From Gemmatimonadales bacterium (GTDB lineage Bacteria > Gemmatimonadota > Gemmatimonadetes > Gemmatimonadales > GWC2-71-9): a DNA stretch of 51,485 nt. Below the pieces are notes generated by a model. That model made no database searches, was not told where the DNA came from, and saw only the letters and a list, made by a program, of their open reading frames with translations. The position numbers were made by a program, and so were the translations under genes. Positions 43,517 to 51,485 of the stretch are shown here, piece by piece (position 1 is the stretch's first letter; each line of letters begins with the position of its first letter). The stretch covers positions 1 to 51,485 of the forward strand of contig JBBRGF010000002.1 of assembly GCA_038240975.1 (NCBI GenBank). The letters run 5' to 3'.

Positions 43517-44781
43517 TCACTGCATATTTTCGACCATCGCTCGCCCGAACTCCGACGTCTTGAGCAAGGTGGCCCCGGTCATCAGGCGCTCGAAATCGTA
43601 CGTGACCCGGCGCTGCGCGATGGTCCGCTCGAGACCGCTAACGATCAGGTCGGCGGCCTCGTTCCAGCCGAGATGCCTGAACATCATTTCACCCGAAAGA
43701 ATCAGCGATCCGGGGTTGACCTTGTCCTGTCCCGCGTATCGCGGCGCGGTGCCGTGGGTGGCCTCGAATACGGCGTGGCCGGTGAGGTAGTTGATGTTGG
43801 CGCCGGGCGCGATCCCGATGCCACCGACCTGCGCGGCCAGGGCGTCGGAGATGTAATCGCCGTTGAGATTGAGCGTGGCGATCACCGAATACTCGCGCGG
43901 CCGGGTGAGGATCTGCTGGAAAAAGGCGTCGGCGATCACGTCCTTGATAATGACTCCGCCCGGCAGGCGGCACCACGGCCCGCCGTCGATCTCGGTGGCG
44001 CCGTACTCCTCGCGGGCCAGATCGTAGCCCCAGTCGCGGAAGCCGCCCTCGGTGAACTTCATGATGTTGCCCTGTGGACCAGCGTCACACTCGGCCGATG
44101 GTGCCGGACCGCGTAGTCGATGGCCGCCCTGATGAGCCGCTTGGACCCTTCCTCCGACACCGGCTTGATGCCGATGGCACTCGACTCGGGAAAGCGGATC
44201 GCCTGGACGCCCATCTGATTCTGCAGAAATTCCACCACCCGGCGCGCCTCGTCGGTCCGCGCCTTGTATTCGATGCCGGCGTAGATATCCTCGGTGTTCT
44301 CGCGGAAGATCACCATGTCGACGTCCTGCGGCGCCTTGACCGGCGACGGCACACCCTCGAACCATCGAACCGGGCGGACGCAGGCGTAGAGATCGAGCCT
44401 TTGGCGGAGCGCCACGTTGAGCGAGCGGAAGCCTCCGCCGACCGGCGTCGTGAGCGGGCCCTTGATGGCCACGAGGTGGTGCGCGAGGGCCGCGAGCGTA
44501 TCGTCCGGAAGCCAGCTATTGAGCCGATCCTTGGCCTTCTCCCCGGCCAGGACCTCGCGCCACACGATTCGGCGTCGCGCGCCGTAGGCGATCCGCACCG
44601 CGTTGTCGAAGACGTACTGCGACGCGGCCCAGATGTCCGGGCCGGTGCCGTCGCCCTCGATGAACGGAACGATCGGCTGGTCGGGCACGTGGAGCCGCCC
44701 TTCGCGCAGGGCGATGGATTCCCCGGCGCCCGGCGCGGCGGGTGGGGAGGCAGTGGTCTTGGTCGTGAGCGGGGCTGGCAT
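43517..44781 (-). pseudogene. icd: NADP-isocitrate dehydrogenase interrupted by a 1-nt frameshift
   Basis: The N-terminal part (track ORF 44059-44907, ATG verified at 44781) ends ..[12 protein letters not shown]-stop. The C-terminal part (track ORF 43517-44365) resumes [16 protein letters not shown].. E. coli Icd reads [18 protein letters not shown]. The break is at the run CCC 44070-44072 (GGG on the coding strand), where GGGG would restore the frame. Confidence 0.9.
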
Positions 44782-44869
44782 GGAGGCGCAATCCTCGGGA
44801 GGCGCGGACGAAGTGCCTGGGCATGAATCGACGCTGAATCTTACGGGGTCGTCCGAGATCGGCAACCGG

Positions 44870-46591
44870 GTGGCGGGCGACGTCGCGGCACGGGCCGTCG
44901 GGGCCATTCACGCGGCCTACGACGAGTATCGCCTGGGGTTTCGCGAGATCACCGCCCGGGCCCCCGACCGATTCGAGCGGAGCGACTGGGCCGGCGCCCA
45001 GGCCGATGCAACCGAGCGCCTCGCGCTTTATCGCGTGCACCTCGACGGGGCCGTGGCCGACGTGCGCGACATCCTCCAAGATGCCGTGATGGAGCGGACC
45101 CTCTGGGCGGCGATGAAGTCGCTTCACGCGCACGGCACCGCGGGCCGCCCCGACGCCGAGATCGAGCAGACGTTTTTCAATTCGGTGACCCGCAGGGTCT
45201 TCTCGACTGTCGGGGTGGACGACGCCATCGAATATCTCGATCCGGCTGTGCCGGGCTCCGAATCGGGAGACGTCGCGCCGCTCTACGACAGCTACACCGG
45301 CGTCACCGCCGACGCCTCGATCGTTCGGGCCATTCTCGAGGCGATCCCCTGGTCGGTGCCGTACGCGGAGCTCGACCGCGATTCGGAGATCGTCGCCGAC
45401 CTGATCCGTGCCGCCCTCCGCGACGTGTCCGAAGCCGACCCGGTGACGGTCGACGTGGTGCGCTCGGTGTTCTACCGGAACAAGGGGGCGTATGTCGTGG
45501 GGCGGGTACGCCGGGGCGAGGTTACCCTGCCACTCGTGATCCCGCTCCTGCGGGCGGCGCGGGGCGTGGTGGTCGACGCGGCGCTGCTCTCGCAGAACCA
45601 GGCCAGCGTCGTCTTCGGCTTCAGCTGGTCGTACTTCCGCGTCGAGGCGCCGCGCCCTCGTGACCTGGTCGAGTTCCTCCGCTCGATCATGCCATTCAAG
45701 CGAATCGACGAGCTGTATAACGCCATCGGGTTCAACAAGCACGGCAAGACCGAGTTGTTCCGCAACCTGATGTCCCACCTCCAGCACCCCGACACCCGCT
45801 TCGACTTTGCCGAAGGCGACGAGGGAATGGTGATGGCGGTATTCACACTGCCGGCGTTCAACATCGTCTTCAAGGTGATCAAGGACAGCTTCGGCGCCCC
45901 CAAGAATACGACGCGCCAGGCGGTCATGGAGAGATATCACTTCGTCTTCGTGCGCGACCGGGTCGGGCGGCTGGCCGATGCCCAGGAGTTCGAGCACCTG
46001 GAGTTCCCCCGCCGCTGTTTTCCCGATGATCTCCTCGACTACCTGCTCAGAGTCGCGAGCAACACCATCCGGGTCATGTCCGACCGCGTGGTAATGCGGC
46101 ACGTCTATACCGAGCGCCGGGTCACGCCGCTCAACATCTTTCTCCGCGACGCGGGCGAAGTGGCGGCGCGCGATGCGGTGATCGAATACGGCAACGCGAT
46201 CAAGGATCTGGCGGCGGCCGATATTTTCACGGGAGACATGCTGCTCAAGAATTTCGGGGTGACCCGGAACGACCGGGTCATCTGCTACGACTATGACGAG
46301 TTGTGCCTGCTCTCCGAGTGCCGGTTCCGGCGCATCCCCGCTCCTACTTCCATTGAAGAGGAGTTCGCAGCGGAGCCGTGGTTTCACGTGGGCGAGCACG
46401 ACGTGTTCCCCGAAGAGTTCCAGGCCTTCCTGGCACCACCGGGAACGGTGCGCGAGGCGTTCCTCGCCGCGCACGGCGACCTGCTCGATGTGGCATTCTG
46501 GACGGGAGTGCAGGAGCGGCTGGCACGCGGCGACGTGGTGGACGTCTTTCCCTACCCGCGCAACCCGCTGCTTCTCCAGCGGAAGGACTAG
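44870..46591 (+). CDS. aceK: isocitrate dehydrogenase kinase/phosphatase
   Basis: ..[56 protein letters not shown].. is collinear with AceK. The start is uncertain. GTG 44870 gives about 573 aa, similar to E. coli AceK. ATG 44780 would overlap the icd ATG. Confidence 0.88.
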   Translation: MAGDVAARAVGAIHAAYDEYRLGFREITARAPDRFERSDWAGAQADATERLALYRVHLDGAVADVRDILQDAVMERTLWAAMKSLHAHGTAGRPDAEIEQTFFNSVTRRVFSTVGVDDAIEYLDPAVPGSESGDVAPLYDSYTGVTADASIVRAILEAIPWSVPYAELDRDSEIVADLIRAALRDVSEADPVTVDVVRSVFYRNKGAYVVGRVRRGEVTLPLVIPLLRAARGVVVDAALLSQNQASVVFGFSWSYFRVEAPRPRDLVEFLRSIMPFKRIDELYNAIGFNKHGKTELFRNLMSHLQHPDTRFDFAEGDEGMVMAVFTLPAFNIVFKVIKDSFGAPKNTTRQAVMERYHFVFVRDRVGRLADAQEFEHLEFPRRCFPDDLLDYLLRVASNTIRVMSDRVVMRHVYTERRVTPLNIFLRDAGEVAARDAVIEYGNAIKDLAAADIFTGDMLLKNFGVTRNDRVICYDYDELCLLSECRFRRIPAPTSIEEEFAAEPWFHVGEHDVFPEEFQAFLAPPGTVREAFLAAHGDLLDVAFWTGVQERLARGDVVDVFPYPRNPLLLQRKD

Positions 46592-46878
46592 CGATCGCGG
46601 TGAACCCGTCTCAGGTAACGCTCGGCGAGCTGCTCCGCCCGCTCGTTGCCCTCTTCCCGCGCCTCGGCGAGGAGCTGGGAGACTTCTCGCTCCAGCGACG
46701 GATCGCCCCAATAGAAGCCCGTCGCCGCCTCGGCGCCGACGGTATCGCCCTCATCGGCGCCCCGCAGCAGCGCGCGGGCAGCCGCGATGGGAAACGAGGG
46801 GTCGTCCGACCCGGGAAGCGGGTACTTGCCGAGGGCGTCGCCGCCCCCGGCATCTTCGTTCACGAATGCCCTGGACAT
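46588..46878 (-). CDS. hypothetical protein (96 aa)
   Basis: MSRAFVNEDAGGGD.. is an N-terminus reminiscent of small GreA/B-C-terminal-like proteins. It has an acidic middle and a helical basic tail. It overlaps aceK convergently by 4 nt. Confidence 0.55.
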   Translation of the reverse strand: MSRAFVNEDAGGGDALGKYPLPGSDDPSFPIAAARALLRGADEGDTVGAEAATGFYWGDPSLEREVSQLLAEAREEGNERAEQLAERYLRRVHRDR

Positions 46879-46906
46879 GCCCGAAAGATAGCCGGGCGGA
46901 CAGGAC

Positions 46907-47695
46907 CTATCGGGTGAACGCTCCGTGCAGTGTGAGCTCTACGCGCGAGCCCGATGGAACGACCACGTCTCGATCCTGCGTCTCCACGGCGCGCTGGGTG
47001 CCGACCGCGCCACCGATGATGCCGCCGATCACGGCGCCCTTGGTGTTGCCGCCGATCACCCGGCCGAGCACCGCGCCGGCGCCGGCGCCCACACCGACCT
47101 TGGCGACATCACCGGCGTTGGTTTTCCGGTCGCGCAAGGTACGATCGAGCGGCATCGCCGAGGCCTCGAGGGGATAGCTGGCGCCCCCAATCTCGACCGC
47201 GGATGGAACGAGCGTCAGCTTGCCGGTCTTGTCACCCTTGTTCTCCGACTCGTGAATCTCGCTGATGGTCAGCGTGACCCTGGAGCCCGCGGGAATCACC
47301 ACCGCGCCCGACGCGTCGCGCACGTCGGCTGAAACGGTCGAGGTCACTGTCTGCCCCGCCTTGTCGGCCCTTGAAGTGATCTCACGATCGACCGTGGTGG
47401 ACACCGTGGCGCCGGCCGCAAGGGCGCGCACCACCGGCATGGGCGCGGGGGCAGGCGCCGGCCTCGGCTTGGGAGCCTTTGCCCGCGGTGCCGGCTGGGC
47501 CCTCGGTGCGGAAACAGGGGCGGCGACGACGGTGGCGCCGCTTGAAGTGGCGCGGTCTTCGAGGGCGGCCGACGAGTCCACCGGGACCCGTTGCAGATCG
47601 CGGCTCAGGTCATTGGCCGCTTCACCGCTTCCACGCTCGCCCCCGCAACCGGCGATTAGGGCAAGCGTGAGAAGTGCCAGTCGGTTAGACGCCAT
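46907..47695 (-). CDS. lipoprotein with Pro/Ala-rich linker and C-terminal glycine-zipper
   Basis: The ATG was verified at 47695. The signal and lipobox read MASNRLALLTLALIAGC. The linker is APRAKAPKPRPAPAPAP. The C-terminus has VGVGAGAGAVLGRVIGGNTKGAVIGGIIGGAVG. Confidence 0.8.
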   Translation of the reverse strand: MASNRLALLTLALIAGCGGERGSGEAANDLSRDLQRVPVDSSAALEDRATSSGATVVAAPVSAPRAQPAPRAKAPKPRPAPAPAPMPVVRALAAGATVSTTVDREITSRADKAGQTVTSTVSADVRDASGAVVIPAGSRVTLTISEIHESENKGDKTGKLTLVPSAVEIGGASYPLEASAMPLDRTLRDRKTNAGDVAKVGVGAGAGAVLGRVIGGNTKGAVIGGIIGGAVGTQRAVETQDRDVVVPSGSRVELTLHGAFTR

Positions 47696-47786
47696 CGTGC
47701 CTCCTGATCTGGTGGAAATCGGGGTCCAAGGGATGAGAATCTGCCCGCGAACGGGCAAGTCCGAGGCCACCCCTCCCCGACCCCCA

Positions 47787-48035
47787 TCAGCCTTCCCTGC
47801 GGCCCGACACCAGTCGTTCGGTAAAGTCGAGACGCTCTTCCAGCTGCGAGACCCGGGTCTCGAGGGCGTCGATGTACGACCGCTGCCCATCGAGCTCACG
47901 CTGCGTGCCCGGCCCCTCGCGGGTGGGGCCATAGCCACCCTGCCTCATCTGCCACCGATCCCAGCGCCGCCGCCTCATGAACATCAGGTAGAAAAAGAGC
48001 GGCACCATCCAGAACATCCACGCGAAGCCCCACAT
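47787..48035 (-). CDS. small membrane protein with coiled-coil tail (82 aa)
   Basis: MWGFAWMFWMVPLFFYLMFM is a TM segment. It is followed by RRRRW and ..YIDALETRVSQLEERLDFTERL. It starts 25 nt after the padR stop. Confidence 0.6.
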   Translation of the reverse strand: MWGFAWMFWMVPLFFYLMFMRRRRWDRWQMRQGGYGPTREGPGTQRELDGQRSYIDALETRVSQLEERLDFTERLVSGRREG

Positions 48036-48060
48036 CGTTCATCTCTCCTCAGTGCTGACG

Positions 48061-48618
48061 TCAGACGGTGGTGGATTGCCAGATCTGTTCGATGTCGTCC
48101 GCGGCCTTCTTCAGAACCTCGGCGACGCGCTTGAGTGACGGGTCGTCGGGGCCGCGGCGCCAGGCCCGCTTGAAGGTGGTACCGGCCAGCCGCGCAAAGG
48201 CGCCTTGAATCTCGCCGAGGCCCCCGCCCGTGAAGTCGCGGACGGTGTCGCGGACGCGGTCGATGATCTCGTCGAGGAAATCCTTGTGCTCTTCGAGGTA
48301 GCGGTCGCCCTCGGGGGTCACGTGGTAGACCTTCTTGCCGTCGGTGTCGACGGCCTGCACGTAGCCCTCGTCCTCGAGGAGCTGGAGCGTGGGATAGACG
48401 GTACCGGCGGAGGCAGTGTAGAAGCCGCTCATCTTTTCCTCGAGGGCCTTGATGACCTCGTAACCGTGCCTCGGCTTTTCCTTGAGAAGACGAAGAATGA
48501 CGAACTTGACCTCGCCCTGCCCGAACATCTGCCCCCGGCGCCTCGGGCCGCCCCAGTGGCCGCCACGTCCGAAGGGAAATCCGGGGCCAAAACCCCAGTC
48601 GTTCTTTGAGCTGCACAT
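48061..48618 (-). CDS. PadR family transcriptional regulator
   Basis: VKFVILRLLKEKPRHGYEVIKALEEKMSGFYTASAGTVYPTLQLLEDEGYV is the PadR winged-helix signature. The ATG was verified at 48618. Confidence 0.9.
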   Translation of the reverse strand: MCSSKNDWGFGPGFPFGRGGHWGGPRRRGQMFGQGEVKFVILRLLKEKPRHGYEVIKALEEKMSGFYTASAGTVYPTLQLLEDEGYVQAVDTDGKKVYHVTPEGDRYLEEHKDFLDEIIDRVRDTVRDFTGGGLGEIQGAFARLAGTTFKRAWRRGPDDPSLKRVAEVLKKAADDIEQIWQSTTV

Positions 48619-48650
48619 AGCGTTAGACTCCAGTATGACGTGTGATAGTA

Positions 48651-48668
48651 CGTACGATATATCGTACG
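48651..48668. promoter_or_regulatory. perfect 18-bp palindrome, candidate PadR operator
   Basis: CGTACGATATATCGTACG lies 33 nt upstream of the padR ATG in a locally AT-rich patch. Confidence 0.55.
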
Positions 48669-48986
48669 AAATAGCGGCTGACATGTCAAGAGCCCAGGCT
48701 GTCGGCCTCGTCGAAGTCGTAGCCTTCCCGGCGATCGCGTCACGCCAGCGCGGGCGACGGCGGCGCTGTCGTCCTGAACGGCGCGTTCCGCGGCATCGGA
48801 GATTCGGCCTGGATGGGGAGCTGCGTTTTGGCCCGGGAGGGGGAACGGCGCTGGCGAGCCCGACAACTATTATCAGGCTCGCCAGAATGACGATTCGGAG
48901 CATTCCGTCAGACGGTCAGGGCCGCGATGCCATCGCAACGGAGCCGGCCAGCTTGCCGTCCTTGACCCGGACGGCGATAGGGCAAC

Positions 48987-49868
48987 TCACTCCGGCGACG
49001 GAAGGCTGACGAGTATCGCGGTGACCGCCAGTACGACGGCCGCGGCAGCCAGCTCGGCAGCAGCCGAACGCCGGATCGAATGAACCGCTGCGTCGGTGCC
49101 GAGGCGGGCTCGCTGCCACCGCCAGTTCCAAGCCCCGAGCGCAAAGACCGCCGCCACCAGGCTGAGCTTGGCGATCAAGGTCCAGCCGTACGGCGTGGTC
49201 CAGAGGGCATCCAGGTGTTTCAGGTGACGCCACGCCGTAATCGCGCCGAACGTTACGAGCACCCCTGCCGAGGTGAGCGCGAGGGGCGAAAAAGCGTTGA
49301 TCATGTCCACGACCATCGTTCGCCGGTCACGGGCTCGCTCGTGCGTGAGGACGACGCCCATCCCCGCCACAAGGGTGACGAAAAGCGTGCCGATCCAGAA
49401 CCCGCCGGCAAGAAGGTGCATGGGGTTGACCAGACGGAGCCAGTTGCCGTTCAGCGCTTCCCGCAGCGTGCCTCCGATCAATCCGGCGGCGGCCAGGTGC
49501 CATCCGACCCGCCACCGGGCGGCGGCCAGCACAAAACCTCCCAGCGTGAGGAGCGTAAGAGCGACCCAAACCCCCGGAATCAGGTTTCCGGTGATCGTCC
49601 CCATTATCGTCGTATTCAGGCGGGCGGCGACCCGTGGGAGCGCGATGCCGACGTGTACCGCGCCGAGAATCGCGCCGACGACGCCGAGCATGGCGGCGCG
49701 CTGCACCGCGTCGGCGTACACCCGCTGGTTGCCGAAATCGCCGTGCCGAGCGGCGCCCCGGGTCACGAAGTACCGGAACCCGATGGCACCGGCCGCGAGA
49801 AAGACGCCGATGAATTCGAAGAAGGCCAGGGTTGGCTCGGGCCAGCGAAGAAGAGGATCTGCGGGCAT
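48987..49868 (-). CDS. CopD-like integral membrane protein
   Basis: It has about 8 TM segments, with NPMHLLAGGFWIGTLF resembling the CopD family. The ATG was verified at 49868. The family call is tentative. Confidence 0.65.
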   Translation of the reverse strand: MPADPLLRWPEPTLAFFEFIGVFLAAGAIGFRYFVTRGAARHGDFGNQRVYADAVQRAAMLGVVGAILGAVHVGIALPRVAARLNTTIMGTITGNLIPGVWVALTLLTLGGFVLAAARWRVGWHLAAAGLIGGTLREALNGNWLRLVNPMHLLAGGFWIGTLFVTLVAGMGVVLTHERARDRRTMVVDMINAFSPLALTSAGVLVTFGAITAWRHLKHLDALWTTPYGWTLIAKLSLVAAVFALGAWNWRWQRARLGTDAAVHSIRRSAAAELAAAAVVLAVTAILVSLPSPE

Positions 49869-49911
49869 GATTAGGGCGTAATTATAGCTTCCGGCAAGGA
49901 GGCACGTTTCC

Positions 49912-50817
49912 ATGACTTCTCCGACCAGCGGTATTGCCACCCTGCCATACGGCGTCGCGCCTCCGCGATTCCGGCTCCCGCCGACGACGAGGCTCGGGCC
50001 CGTATCGTTACAGGTCAGCGACCTCGCGCGCTCTATCGACTACTACGACCGAGTGATCGGACTCGGCGTGCTCGAGGCATCTCCGGGAATGGCGATGCTG
50101 GGGACGCGCCGGGACGCCACGCCGTTGGTAGAACTCCGGGAGCGGGCCGGGGCCGCACCCGTGCCCAGGCGCGGAAGGCTCGGTCTGTATCACTTCGCCC
50201 TCCTCCTTCCCAACCGGCCCACGCTCGGTGCATTCGTGCGCCACCTGGCGGAAACCAGCACGTATGCGGGAATGTCCGATCACCTGGTGAGCGAGTCGGT
50301 GTATCTCACCGATCCCGATGGCCTCGGCATCGAGGTCTACGCCGACCGGCCGCGCGCGAGCTGGCGCCATGAGGGGAGACAGCTCGTCATGGCGACCGAG
50401 CCGCTGGATGTCGAAGATGTGGTCCGTGCGGCCGGCGCCGAGCGCTGGTCGGCGATGTCGGCAGGAACCACGCTCGGCCACGTGCATCTCTTCGTCGAAG
50501 ATCTCGTCGCCGCCTCTCGCTTCTATCATGAGGGACTCGGCCTGGACAAGATGGTATGGAGCTATCCGGGAGCGCTCTTCCTCGCCGCGGGCGGCTACCA
50601 TCACCATCTGGGCACCAACACCTGGGCCGCCGGGGCCCCTCCCGCGGGCGAGAGCGATGCGAGGCTCCTCGAATGGACCCTTCGCGTTCCCACGGGCTCC
50701 GATGCTGAGGCCGCGCTCGCCAGTCTTCGGGATGCCGGCGCCGAGGTCCAGGCGCTGGCGAGCGGCGGTGTCGCGCGAGATCCCTGGGGGACGGCGGTGC
50801 GGATATTGTCGCTTTGA
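49912..50817 (+). CDS. VOC family protein (two-domain glyoxalase / catechol 2,3-dioxygenase-like)
   Basis: It has two VOC modules (LGPVSLQVSDLARSIDYYDRVIGL.. and LGHVHLFVEDLVAASRFYHEGLGL..) and YHHHLGTNTW. Confidence 0.85.
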   Translation: MTSPTSGIATLPYGVAPPRFRLPPTTRLGPVSLQVSDLARSIDYYDRVIGLGVLEASPGMAMLGTRRDATPLVELRERAGAAPVPRRGRLGLYHFALLLPNRPTLGAFVRHLAETSTYAGMSDHLVSESVYLTDPDGLGIEVYADRPRASWRHEGRQLVMATEPLDVEDVVRAAGAERWSAMSAGTTLGHVHLFVEDLVAASRFYHEGLGLDKMVWSYPGALFLAAGGYHHHLGTNTWAAGAPPAGESDARLLEWTLRVPTGSDAEAALASLRDAGAEVQALASGGVARDPWGTAVRILSL

Positions 50818-51196
50818 GGGACTAGACCTGGCGAGGCTCGTTCGGCCGAGTCGCGAATGTCATCGGGATGCGCCGCGACGGCCATGAAGGGGCGAGGAAA
50901 AAGCCTAGGACTGGCAGGACGAATGCAGTCTCGGGACCCGGATCTCGCGCAGTCGAGTCGACCTGCGGATACCTGACCTCCCTCACACGTTCAGAGAATT
51001 CATTCGTCCATGCACAGCGAGGAGCCAGAATGTTTACCTCGGAATCTCGATCGTGAGAGGCCAACTGAGCGGTGCGACGCGGTGAAGTCGCGATGTGAGC
51101 CGGAGACATCTGACTCGAGCGGCACTGTCATCGGCATGACGGCCGCGCCCGCCCATCGCCCTTGTGATCGGTACGGGCGGATATAATTCCAAATCG

Positions 51197-51485
51197 ATGA
51201 CTCCTGACGCCATCGTCGTAGGTTCGGGACCGAACGGGCTGGCCGCCGCCATCACCCTCGCGCAAGCCGGCGTCAAGACCGTGCTTCGCGAGGCGCAGCC
51301 CACCGTCGGCGGCGGCCTTCGGTCGGCCGGGCTCACGCTGCCAGGCTTCACGCACGACGTCTGTTCGGCGGTGCACCCCTTAGCGCTGCTCTCGCCGTTC
51401 TTCCGAGCACTGCCGCTCACAAAATTTGGGCTGGAATGGATCCAGCCTCCCGCGGCGCTTGCCCACCCGCTCGACGGTGGAAGGG
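51197..51485 (+). CDS. NAD(P)/FAD-dependent oxidoreductase, phytoene-desaturase-like (5' part; runs off the right edge)
   Basis: My own translation reads MTPDAIVVGSGPNGLAAAITLAQAGVKTVLREAQPTVGGGLRS.., a GxGxxG dinucleotide fold. It is not in the ORF track because it has no stop in the window. Confidence 0.8.
   Translation, partial: MTPDAIVVGSGPNGLAAAITLAQAGVKTVLREAQPTVGGGLRSAGLTLPGFTHDVCSAVHPLALLSPFFRALPLTKFGLEWIQPPAALAHPLDGGR

Noticed and set aside
44059-44090. Programmed ribosomal frameshift in icd
   Set aside because: There is no slippery heptamer or downstream stimulatory structure, and the required shift occurs within a simple G-run. A homopolymer error or a recent mutation is the simpler explanation.
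44516-46711. 731-aa minus-strand ORF, the longest of several very long unexpected ORFs (also 19080-21647 +, 16074-17969 +, 10986-12623 +, 27384-28691 +, 36379-37758 +, 38476-39690 +, 32530-33804 -)
   Set aside because: Each lies exactly antisense to a gene with unambiguous homology (aceK, pilQ/aroC, topA, hslU, pilR, the histidine kinases, the membrane/PABS protein). Their products are Arg/Gly/Asp/His-rich low-complexity sequence, which is typical of stop-codon-poor antisense frames in high-GC DNA.
48619-48903. Signal-peptide-like start MLRIVILASLIIVVGLASA upstream of and in frame with padR; also a possible small secreted protein or CopC-like gene between copD and padR
   Set aside because: After the hydrophobic stretch the frame becomes Arg-rich nonsense (RRSGRQRRRRPRWR), and no alternative frame gives a coherent protein. 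I could not support a gene here, and it remains an unassigned 368-bp spacer.

Overview
High-GC bacterial chromosomal window, almost fully coding, with most real genes on the minus strand. The gene content suggests a Gemmatimonadota/Acidobacteria-like organism, but that is a low-confidence inference. Many long ORFs in the six-frame track are antisense shadows caused by the high GC, and several real genes start well inside their track ORF. I checked the internal ATG/GTG positions by hand. From left to right the window holds these genes and clusters. (1) The 5' part of a ferredoxin/[FeFe]-hydrogenase-like gene, which is missing from the ORF track, lies downstream of a sigma-54 activator whose receiver lacks the phospho-acceptor Asp. 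(2) argF-gcvT-mogA. (3) A convergent pair of Hanks-type Ser/Thr kinases whose junction has been tandemly duplicated, leaving a frameshifted copy of a 66-aa ORF. The intact side forms an apparent S8 peptidase / TM-TPR kinase / 66-aa protein operon. (4) A topA-trmFO-xerC-hslV-hslU block in the same order as Bacillus subtilis. (5) aroC-aroK directly downstream of a type IV pilus cluster: pilMNOPQ, pilV/W/X-like minor pilins, pilS-pilR and two tandem pilins. I found two near-consensus sigma-54 promoters, upstream of pilM and of the first pilin. (6) A 1028-aa polytopic membrane / spermidine-synthase-fold protein. (7) A 704-bp two-gene cassette (nucleotidyltransferase-fold protein plus a 61-aa protein) bounded by 43-bp direct repeats, inserted into the 3' overlap of two convergent genes. 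(8) A second sigma-54 two-component pair, a GIY-YIG gene and a hybrid histidine kinase. (9) slt and hslR, then icd carrying a 1-nt frameshift, head-to-head with aceK. (10) A lipoprotein, a PadR module with a perfect 18-bp palindrome, a CopD-like protein, a VOC dioxygenase-like protein and a partial FAD oxidoreductase. A family of palindromic elements built from tandem heptamers (GGNGAAC) occupies at least three intergenic sites. I found no rRNA, tRNA, CRISPR array, transposase or integrase other than xerC. I cannot show that any of this is a new biological system. The strongest candidates are the direct-repeat-bounded cassette, the peptidase-kinase-small-protein operon with its duplicated junction, and the heptamer-palindrome family.
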